64,000 bases of DNA from Pseudomonadota bacterium (lineage in GTDB: Bacteria > Pseudomonadota > Alphaproteobacteria > G022571365): the NCBI GenBank assembly GCA_022571365.1, contig JACZXZ010000003.1:2301-66300 (forward strand), written 5' to 3'. The notes below the pieces were generated by a model, which was given only the letters and a program-made list of their open reading frames with translations, did no database searches and had not been told where the DNA came from. Within the stretch, counting starts at the first letter, position 1, and every line of letters begins with the position of its first letter. The position numbers and the translations under genes were made by a program. Below are positions 8,951 through 18,015 of the stretch, in pieces.

Positions 8951-9123
8951 CCCATCGCCGCCATCCCGGGTAAGGGCGGGGGCTTACGGCTTGTAGTCTA
9001 TAGCGTTGACCCGCCGGCGCTCACGGCCGGGTGCCAGCCGCCGCCTTGAGGGAGTGGCGCGGCTCGCCGCTCTGGGTTTCGTGACCTTTGCTGCCGCAGG
9101 GCATCCTTGATGTCGCGTCTATT

Positions 9124-10077
9124 CTATTTGTAGGTGCCTTTGCCAGGCAGCATGCCCCCGACCTCCTGGGTGAGGTCCTTGTCCAGGATTGCCTCGACCA
9201 CGGCCCTGGCGTTGGCGTCGCTTGGCTCGGACAGGAGCGCCGCGGCCTCGGGCACGGCGGCGCTTACCGCCTCAAGCGCCGCCCGCGCGGCCTCGATCCG
9301 CGCCTTTTGCGCGCCGGCATATTTGGCGTGGTCGGTCTTGCCCAGCGCCGCGGTCGCGCTCACCAGCGACGCCGCGTGGCCGGTGACGAACAGCCGCGCC
9401 AGCTCCGCCGGCGTCATCTCGGCGTTCGTGGTCGTGTCCGGCCGGTAGAAGCGGTGCCTCACCGTCCCCTGGGAGTAGCGCACTAGCTCGAACTCGGGGT
9501 TGATCGGATGGCCGGCCTCGAGCATCGCCGTCACGGTCTCTCCGTCGAGCTCCGGGTTGGTCATGCCATGGCAGGACAGGCAATTCAGGGCCACGTCATA
9601 GATCATGTAGGGCCAGGTCATGCCGGCGTCTGCGGCAGCTTTGAGGCGCTCGGCCCTGTGCTCGGCCGTCTCGGCTTCGGGCTTCACGCCGGCGCCGCCG
9701 AAGTTGTCGTGGATGGGGAACCAATCGGACGAGGCGCCGTGACAGCTTTCGCAGGACGGGCCGGCCCTGGCCTTGGCTTCTGCGTCGGCATCCTTCTGGA
9801 CCATGGTGTAATGGCACAGGGTGCAGACTTGGTTGCGCTTTGGGTTCTTCTTCCCGCCGACGGCCTTGACGATGGCCTTGGCCTCGTCGGTCTTGTGCAT
9901 TTCCTTGAACGACGTGAAGTGCTTGGTTCCCTCCTCCCAGACCTTGTACTCGGCCTCGTGGCATTCCAGGCACTTCTTGGGGCCCTGGAAGAAAGGCTCG
10001 GCCTGGGCGCCGACGCCCGGGGAAAAGGCGATGGTGGCAAGGCCGATCACAAGTCCGTAAAACCCGTGCCTACCCAT
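9124..10077 (-). CDS. periplasmic tetraheme c-type cytochrome
   Basis: Signal peptide MGRHGFYGLVIGLATIAFSPGVGAQA. Four CXXCH motifs: CLECH, CTLCH, CESCH, CLSCH. An AAGGGGG Shine-Dalgarno sequence lies upstream of the ATG. Confidence 0.85.
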   Translation of the reverse strand: MGRHGFYGLVIGLATIAFSPGVGAQAEPFFQGPKKCLECHEAEYKVWEEGTKHFTSFKEMHKTDEAKAIVKAVGGKKNPKRNQVCTLCHYTMVQKDADAEAKARAGPSCESCHGASSDWFPIHDNFGGAGVKPEAETAEHRAERLKAAADAGMTWPYMIYDVALNCLSCHGMTNPELDGETVTAMLEAGHPINPEFELVRYSQGTVRHRFYRPDTTTNAEMTPAELARLFVTGHAASLVSATAALGKTDHAKYAGAQKARIEAARAALEAVSAAVPEAAALLSEPSDANARAVVEAILDKDLTQEVGGMLPGKGTYK

Positions 10078-10106
10078 AAAGCCCCCTTACTTTTTGGTTC
10101 ATTTGT

Positions 10107-10129
10107 CCGTGATCCTACCCGTGATCCTA
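10107..10129 (-). promoter_or_regulatory. tandem direct repeat CCGTGATCCTA x2 in the 5' leader of the tetraheme gene
   Basis: Copies at 10107-10117 and 10119-10129 are identical 11-mers with a 12-bp period. They sit 30-50 nt upstream of the start codon at 10077. Confidence 0.25.
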
Positions 10130-10445
10130 TCGGTCGTTTGGGGCAAAACCAACCTGAAAATCAACAACCCGCTTAAGGCGCGTTTCCGATTTCGGTGGGG
10201 GACTTTCGCGGCGGCCCGGCGTCCCATCCCGGGGCGGGGGTGCTGGGTGGCTTCGGCGGAGGTGCGTTGATGACGAGGTGCCAGCCCACCCACCCGGCCT
10301 CGTTCGATGGTTTCGGGGCGTTCGGCGATACGGGTCGGCGCCGCGGCGTTCTTGGCGATGATCAGGGATCGGCTGGCTTCCCCCAATCGCCAGAATCCGC
10401 TGGTCGGACGGCTTGACCTTTCCCGGGGCGGGGGATGGCCTGCGC

Positions 10446-12074
<1,629 letters not shown>

Positions 12075-12193
12075 ACCCGGCCGTTCAGGCCCGTTGCCGC
12101 GACGGCCGGGACCGCCTTGCCGGGACCGCCTTGGCGGGGCCCGCCCCTTGGGATATGGTGCCGCAACCAGCGGCCGGAAGTTCGGTCCATCCC

Positions 12194-12736
12194 ATGTTGA
12201 TCAACGCCGGGCGATCCGCCCTTCTCATCGTCGATGTCCAGGAACGGCTGATGCCGGCCGTGGCCGAGGCGGACGCGGTGGTTCGAAATTGCGCCCGGCT
12301 GATGCGGGCGGCGGCGCGCCTCGATGTCCCGATCCTGGTGTCGGAGCAGAATCCGAAGGGCCTCGGCGCGACGCTCGGCGAGCTCGCCGACCTGGCGCCG
12401 CCGGAGGCGGTGGTGAGCAAGATGCACTTCTCGTGCGCCGCCGACCCGGAATACGCCAGGCGGTTCGCCGCCCTCGGGCGCGACCAGGCGATCATCGCCG
12501 GCATCGAGACCCATGTTTGCGTGCTGCAGACGGCGCTCGGCTTCCGGCGGGCGGGCCACGAATGCTTCGTGGTGGCCGACGCCGCCGCCTCGCGCAGCCC
12601 CGACGACAAGGCCTGGGCGCTGGCCCGGCTGGGGGGAGACGGGGTCGCGATCGTGACCACCGAGATGGTGCTGTTCGAATGGCTGGAGAAGGCCGGCACG
12701 CCCGAATTCAAGGAGCTGAGCCGGCTCATCAAATGA
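12194..12736 (+). CDS. isochorismatase-family (cysteine) hydrolase
   Basis: MLINAGRSALLIVDVQERL... and ...AIIAGIETHVCVLQTAL are typical of isochorismatase/nicotinamidase-fold hydrolases. The track ORF begins at a TTG at 12131. The ATG at 12194 gives the usual ~180 aa length. Confidence 0.75.
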   Translation: MLINAGRSALLIVDVQERLMPAVAEADAVVRNCARLMRAAARLDVPILVSEQNPKGLGATLGELADLAPPEAVVSKMHFSCAADPEYARRFAALGRDQAIIAGIETHVCVLQTALGFRRAGHECFVVADAAASRSPDDKAWALARLGGDGVAIVTTEMVLFEWLEKAGTPEFKELSRLIK

Positions 12737-13235
12737 CGGCCATGACATGACCTGGAAGACGCCGCTGGCATCGCCAACGTCACGCGCCGCTGACCGACCG
12801 ATCCGGTTGCACGCCTAAGAAGAGCGCCGAACGACCGTCTTCTCGCACCCGATCGCGCCTTGGCAGGGTCTCGGAAGCACCGAGTGCCCCATTCCGGGTG
12901 GCCGCTCCGGGTTGTATGGTCACGCTTGCGGCTCAATGCTCGATTGTGCTACCGTTTTTGATGCTTGGGAGGAGTCATCTGAGGAATCCCGGTTGACAAC
13001 GTTGGATCCATCTCGCCTCGCCGAGATTGCGGACGCCTTGGCAGATTGATGTGCGCGTTGCGGGCCAATTGCGCCTCCTTCGGTGGCGCAAGCAACCATT
13101 CCGCGCTAGGCCACCGACCCTAGGCGGGCCCATCTGGGAAATTCTGGTTGACCTTATAGCCAGCGGACCGCGGCACCGAGCCGTGGGAAAAAGCCTCGAA
13201 CTAAGAAACGGGGCGTTGCGTTAAGGGGGGACACG

Positions 13236-13430
13236 ATGAAATCGCAATATTTTCGCTTCGCCGTGCTGCTCGCCGGTTGCGCGGCGAGGTTGCCGAGTGC
13301 CCCCAATGCGCGGGTGGGCGGGGCTCCATTGGCGGCACCCGTTACACCGCAAAATGCGAAGGGCGTAAGCTGGAAGGGCAACAGGCCTCGCTTTCCTCGC
13401 GGCGCGAACGCAATGGGGAGGAGAAGATGA
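13236..13430 (+). CDS. small putative lipoprotein (64 aa)
   Basis: MKSQYFRFAVLLAGC has a lipobox (LLAGC). AAGGGGGG lies 6 nt upstream of the ATG. Its TGA overlaps the next ATG (ATGA at 13427-13430). The remainder is low complexity, so this call is uncertain. Confidence 0.4.
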   Translation: MKSQYFRFAVLLAGCAARLPSAPNARVGGAPLAAPVTPQNAKGVSWKGNRPRFPRGANAMGRRR

Positions 13431-14317
13431 AAACCAAGGCACTTATCCCGGCGTTGTTGGTTACCTGCGGCTTGGCAGTGTCGGGGTGCGAGACACTCAC
13501 AGAGACATTCGCGTTCGACGCCATTCCCCGAGCCACATTCGGAGACACCGTCATTGGTGAGGCCGCCAAAAAAGAGTGGAAGATTACGGACCGGATCATT
13601 CTCTCGTACGCCGATGACGTTGAGAAATTCATGCGCATGAGAATGAGCGGGAAAAGGGTCCTTCGGAAGGCTTCCGCCAGCATCCAGGTCATGACTGCGG
13701 CGATAGCCACGGCGCTCGCCGGCTTCGGTGGGCCGGCCGCAGTGATTGCGGGCTTTGCAGGAGTCAGCGCGATCATCCCCGAGTTCCAGAGCATTTTTCA
13801 GGCGGCGGGAGGGGCCGAGGCGTTCGGTCGTGGCGCCGAGCTCATTGGAGACGCGAAGACGGAGTATGTGATTGCGATATCGAAAAAAGGTGGGCAGGTG
13901 CAGGGTGCGTTAACGCCGGAAGGCGCGGCTCTCTACAAGAGAGTCGTGGCATCAATCGTCGTCGTTGAGAGGGCCTTGCTGCAGCAAATCCCGACCCGCA
14001 AACAAATCGAGGACGCTGAAGGAAATTTTAAACGGGCGTTCGAGAGAAAATTAGAAGCCGCTGGGATAGACAAAGCGATAGACAAAGCGGTAGCCATAGA
14101 GAAGTTAAAAGCCCTCATAGCCAAGACTAAGGAAGCCGGGGGCGACACAACCGAATTGGAGGAAATTCTGAGCAAGATTGAAGTCAAGTCAGACGAGGGT
14201 GTCGCGGCGCCTGCGGAGACGGAGACCCAGCCTACGGAGACGGAGACCCAGCCTACGGAGACGGAGACCCAACCTGCGGAGACGGAGACCCAGCCTACGG
14301 AGCCGACGCCCCAGTAG
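13427..14317 (+). CDS. lipoprotein with C-terminal ETETQPT repeats
   Basis: The internal ATG at 13427 is preceded by GGGGAGGAG. MKTKALIPALLVTCGLAVSGC carries a lipobox. The body is predicted helical, and the C-terminus is ETETQPT x4.5. I recognised no family. Confidence 0.7.
   Translation: MKTKALIPALLVTCGLAVSGCETLTETFAFDAIPRATFGDTVIGEAAKKEWKITDRIILSYADDVEKFMRMRMSGKRVLRKASASIQVMTAAIATALAGFGGPAAVIAGFAGVSAIIPEFQSIFQAAGGAEAFGRGAELIGDAKTEYVIAISKKGGQVQGALTPEGAALYKRVVASIVVVERALLQQIPTRKQIEDAEGNFKRAFERKLEAAGIDKAIDKAVAIEKLKALIAKTKEAGGDTTELEEILSKIEVKSDEGVAAPAETETQPTETETQPTETETQPAETETQPTEPTPQ
14214..14300 (+). repeat. 21-bp in-frame tandem repeat (about 4 copies)
   Basis: Units (G/A)CGGAGACGGAGACCCA(G/A)CCT start at 14214, 14235, 14256 and 14277. 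They encode the ETETQPT repeats. Confidence 0.9.
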
Positions 14318-14631
14318 GTAGTCGAGGGGGTCGCGGCGCGTGCGGAGACTCCCTACAGCTACGAACACGGCCGAGCAACAGACCGAAGGAGGGGCGAACG
14401 GAAGCGAGTCTGCGGCCAGTGGTCCCGAAGGTGGAACCGGGGGCGAGCTAAATAAACCGGGAGGCCCCGAAGGGTCCAAGAGTTGCCATTGACAGGGTTG
14501 GGCTTCATTGCCGTCTACCAGGCCTGTTGTTGCGGGTCCACCGCCATTTCGGCCGTGCGGGAAATGCCTTCGAGACGCCTCGAGGAACGATTGCATAAGA
14601 TACAAGGAGCACGCGGTGAAGGAAGAGACCG

Positions 14632-16308
14632 ATGGCCAAGAATATCATTCTCTGTTCGGACGGGACGGGCAACAAGGGTGGCCACGGCGCTGCGACGAAT
14701 GTCTATAAGCTTTACAACGCCGTTGACCTTCATGATCGGAATAATCCGCAAATAACCTTCTACGACGATGGCGTGGGGACCAACAAAAACAAATATATCC
14801 GGGCCCTCACCGGCGCCTTCGGTTTTGGTTTCGAGGCGAACGTCGTGGACCTGTACGAGTTCCTCGCCAGAAACTACGACCCGGGGGATCAAATCTACCT
14901 TTTTGGATTCAGCCGTGGCGCCGCCACGGTGCGCGCCTTCGCGGGCTTCATCGAGGCGTGCGGCCTCCTCGACAGGAACGAGTGTAAAGACGGTAATGAC
15001 CAATGTCAGGAAGGAATTTTTAAGGAACAACTAGATAAGGCGCGAAAAGCCTACCAAAAACATAAAGGCGAAAAAGACGGCAAAGCTGCCAAAACGGCCG
15101 CCGATGATTTCAAAGCCAAAATGGCCATAAAACATGCGGAGCACGCTCCCAACGGAAACCTGAAGATCAGATTCATCGGTGTTTGGGACACGGTGTCCGC
15201 CCTTGGTTTCCCGCAAGATTGGAGCCCCTTCTTGGACCCGCTCGTCAAAACTTTGGACAAAGGCTCCGACTTCATCAAGCCGCACAATTTCTACAATTAT
15301 CGGCTGAACGAAAATGTCGAAAACGTTTATCACGCCTTGGCGATCGATGACGAAAGAAAGACGTTTCATCCGAAAGTGTGGAACGAGGTTCGCAGCGATC
15401 GACCGAAAAACATCGAGCAGGTCTGGTTCGCCGGGGTTCATTCCAACGTTGGCGGAGGCTACCCGAGAGCCGGGCTATCGAATGTCGCCTTGCACTGGAT
15501 GATGACCAATGCGGCAAGCCATGGCTTGGTTTTCAAGGAGAGGGTCCAAAACGAGGTCCGGAGCGATGCCAACGTTTACGGCAAGCTGCAAAATTCCCGT
15601 GACGGATTCGCCATCTATTACCGCTACGCGCCCCGCGATATCGAGGAGCTGTGTACCAAGAAAGACGACATCAAGTCCTACAAAGACGCCGTTGAGAAGA
15701 CGAAACAACGGATATCCAGGAAAAAGACAGAGCAGAAAAGCAAAATAAAAGGCCCCATCAAAATACACAAAACCGTCATCGATAGAATCGAACGGGGGAC
15801 ATCGCGTTACGCGCCCGCGTACATTCCCGACGATTTCCAAATTGTCGCAACCAAAGTACCGGACGCGAATGAAATGGCGGTCATTGACGCAGAGCTCGCC
15901 TCAAAGCAACGACACATCGCGCGATCCAGAGAGAAGCGCCGAGAGAAACGCGAACAGGTCAAGAAATGGGTTCGCCGGCGGACAGCGCTGTATCGTGTCT
16001 TTCTCGGACTCACCCTCGCGTTTGTAATAGCGTTGTTTTTGTTCTGGATTTATCCTCCCGAGGTAGCCAGTGGAGACGATCCGCCGACCGGGATCGGAAT
16101 ACTGGATTGGCTTCTACGGCGCCTCGCGAATACCTTGCATGACTTCCTTCCGGATTTTTTCGAGGGCTTAATCACCTATGTCATTATCTTCAACCCGATC
16201 TATTTCCTGGGCATTGTGGTTGTCCTCGCGGTTATGTACCGGTTGCGCAAATATTTGCTGCAGGAAACGGAAAAGGCCCGTGAGGAGGTCCGCAAATTGA
16301 TGCTCTAA
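14632..16308 (+). CDS. DUF2235 (Tle1-like alpha/beta-hydrolase, putative phospholipase) with two C-terminal TM helices
   Basis: NIILCSDGTGN at the N-terminus, the GxSxG nucleophile elbow in YLFGFSRGA, and VWFAGVHSNVGGGY together are the DUF2235 signature as I remember it. The C-terminus has RTALYRVFLGLTLAFVIALFLFWIY and LITYVIIFNPIYFLGIVVVLAVMY. The DNA is A/T-rich. Confidence 0.8.
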   Translation: MAKNIILCSDGTGNKGGHGAATNVYKLYNAVDLHDRNNPQITFYDDGVGTNKNKYIRALTGAFGFGFEANVVDLYEFLARNYDPGDQIYLFGFSRGAATVRAFAGFIEACGLLDRNECKDGNDQCQEGIFKEQLDKARKAYQKHKGEKDGKAAKTAADDFKAKMAIKHAEHAPNGNLKIRFIGVWDTVSALGFPQDWSPFLDPLVKTLDKGSDFIKPHNFYNYRLNENVENVYHALAIDDERKTFHPKVWNEVRSDRPKNIEQVWFAGVHSNVGGGYPRAGLSNVALHWMMTNAASHGLVFKERVQNEVRSDANVYGKLQNSRDGFAIYYRYAPRDIEELCTKKDDIKSYKDAVEKTKQRISRKKTEQKSKIKGPIKIHKTVIDRIERGTSRYAPAYIPDDFQIVATKVPDANEMAVIDAELASKQRHIARSREKRREKREQVKKWVRRRTALYRVFLGLTLAFVIALFLFWIYPPEVASGDDPPTGIGILDWLLRRLANTLHDFLPDFFEGLITYVIIFNPIYFLGIVVVLAVMYRLRKYLLQETEKAREEVRKLML

Positions 16309-16557
16309 TTCTGTCGGCTCGGGAGTAGATCGAGAGGACATCGAAGGGCGGTGATGACTGGCAGCGCCTGAACCCAACCTGACCGTCGATATGATTGGAA
16401 ATCATTGTCAGAATGCGTCTTCTCGTTTCCTGGCAGTTCAGCCATGCCTGCATGGCGGGTTTGAGACCAGGCGGGTTGAAGGGTCGCTGTTGAAGCCGTG
16501 TCGTGACGCACACCGCACTCAACGCCGCGCCTTCTATTTCCGCACGTCTTCCTCGTG

Positions 16558-16623
16558 TCCTAGACGAGCCGGCGGGTTTTGGGGCCGACCTGGCAGTGGT
16601 AGGGGCCGATCTCGCTCACCGGC
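16558..16623. repeat. direct repeat copy 1 (about 66 bp) upstream of the transglycosylase gene
   Basis: TCCTAGACGAGCCGGCGGGTTTTGGGGCCGACCTGGCAGTGGTAGGGGCCGATCTCGCTCACCGGCG is roughly 80% identical by eye to 17765-17833. Its minus strand reads ...VSEIGPYHCQVGPKTRRLV*. Confidence 0.7.
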
Positions 16624-16784
16624 GTCACCTCCGCCGCAGTTGCGGTGCGCAGGGTTCATGCAACTATATCCCTTTAGCCTTGTCGCCTGGTTTGTTCCCT
16701 GGAGGCCATCGACCAGCCGTGGCGGTTGGCAGCGCCCAGGCTTCCGGTTATCGTCGCTTCTGGATCGCTTAGGGAGACTTCAAA

Positions 16785-17705
16785 ATGCCGTTGCTTAAGA
16801 TCGGCTCGTCGGGTCCGGAGGTCGAAAAGCTGCAACGGCGGCTGAGCGCGCTTGGCTTTGAACCGGGCGGTGCCGACGGCCGGTTCAGCATGAGGACCGA
16901 TGTGGCGGTGCGGGATTTTCAGGCCTCGGCGGGGCTTGCCGATGACGGCATCGTCGGCGCGCTAACCTGGGAAGCGTTGTTCCCGACCAGGGCGGAAGGC
17001 GACCAGGCACGGGCGCCGTCGCCGCGGGTGACGTCCACCTCTCATCCGGGTTTCCTTGCGCCACTTATTGAGAACCACAACTTCAACGGCGGTGTGCGTT
17101 GGCGCTTGGCGTCGGACGGAATCCGCATCGCCGGCGCGGCGCCGGAGACAACGCGTGGAGAACCACAGACGGTGGCGCGGGTGTGGCGCGACTTCGGCCG
17201 GCCGATCAAGCTGTGGGCGGGCCGGTTCGATGTGCCGGTCGAACTCATCGTCGCCACGATATGCACGGAATCGAGAGGCGATTCCGCGGTGCTCCGCAAA
17301 GAACCTGGCTATATCTCGGACGAACAGACCCCTCATAAGGTCTCGCCGGGCCTGATGCAGACACTTATCTCCACCGCTCGCGAAACCCTCGGCGATAATA
17401 GTATCGACCGGGAGTGGCTGCTCGACGCCGATAACTCGATCCGCGCCGGCACGGCCTATATCGACAGGCAGCGGCGGAAGACCAAGCTCGACCCGCCCAA
17501 GGTCGCTTGCGCCTACAATGCCGGCAGCGTCATCGCCAATAACGGAGTCGGGAACCGGTGGAAGACGAAACAGTTCCCCATCGGCACGGGCAAGCATGCC
17601 GACCGGTTCGTCGAGTGGTTTAACGACTGCTTCCGATTCTTCGAGCAGCGCGACATCACGCCGCCCGTCTCTTTCCGCGATCGACTTCTGCGTCGCGCGC
17701 GCTGA
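16785..17705 (+). CDS. peptidoglycan-binding-domain lytic transglycosylase (SLT/GH23-like)
   Basis: The N-terminal PG_binding_1 motif is GSSGPEVEKLQRRLSALGF...DGRFSMRTDVAVRDFQASAGLADDGIVGALTW. The C-terminal part has CTESRGDS (catalytic E-S), SPGLMQ and CAYNAGS. An AGGGAG RBS is present. Confidence 0.85.
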   Translation: MPLLKIGSSGPEVEKLQRRLSALGFEPGGADGRFSMRTDVAVRDFQASAGLADDGIVGALTWEALFPTRAEGDQARAPSPRVTSTSHPGFLAPLIENHNFNGGVRWRLASDGIRIAGAAPETTRGEPQTVARVWRDFGRPIKLWAGRFDVPVELIVATICTESRGDSAVLRKEPGYISDEQTPHKVSPGLMQTLISTARETLGDNSIDREWLLDADNSIRAGTAYIDRQRRKTKLDPPKVACAYNAGSVIANNGVGNRWKTKQFPIGTGKHADRFVEWFNDCFRFFEQRDITPPVSFRDRLLRRAR

Positions 17706-17764
17706 TGCGGGCAACCGCGCCGGCTTTGTCGTTTTCCCTCTACCCCTTTACCTCTTTCGCATAA

Positions 17765-17833
17765 TCCTCGACGATCTGGCGGGTTTTGGGGCCGGCTTGG
17801 AAGTGGTGCGGGCCGATCTCGCGCTGTAAGGCG
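17765..17833. repeat. direct repeat copy 2 downstream of the transglycosylase gene
   Basis: TCCTCGACGATCTGGCGGGTTTTGGGGCCGGCTTGGAAGTGGTGCGGGCCGATCTCGCGCTGTAAGGCG. Its minus strand reads ...FSALQREIGPHHFQAGPKTRQIVEDYAKEVKG* with no start codon. It is followed by an 11-bp inverted repeat, CTGTAAGGCGC (17824-17834) and GCGCCTTACAG (17879-17889). Confidence 0.7.
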
Positions 17834-18015
17834 CTGAAGCGGGGGGCAAAATCCGCCGCACGCCGATACGGGGCTTTGGCGCCTTACAGGAAAACCGGCC
17901 GAAGGATTTAATATTACGCCGCGGAAGAGGCGGTACCGGCGCGCCGCTGTATGTCCGCTTCTGGCTATGAGCGGACCTTCGTCAAACTGAGACACTACCT
18001 TAGGCCGACCCATGC

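Noticed and set aside
17953-17976. Hairpin GTCCGCT-N10-AGCGGAC just downstream of parE, considered as a terminator
   Set aside because: The stem is only 7 bp with a 10-nt loop, and no U-tract follows on the parE (minus) strand. The evidence is insufficient.
12737-18015. Type VI secretion locus around the DUF2235/Tle1-like gene
   Set aside because: No Hcp, VgrG, PAAR, TssA-M or ClpV-like sequence occurs in this window. Only the effector-like and accessory genes are present, so I make no T6SS call.
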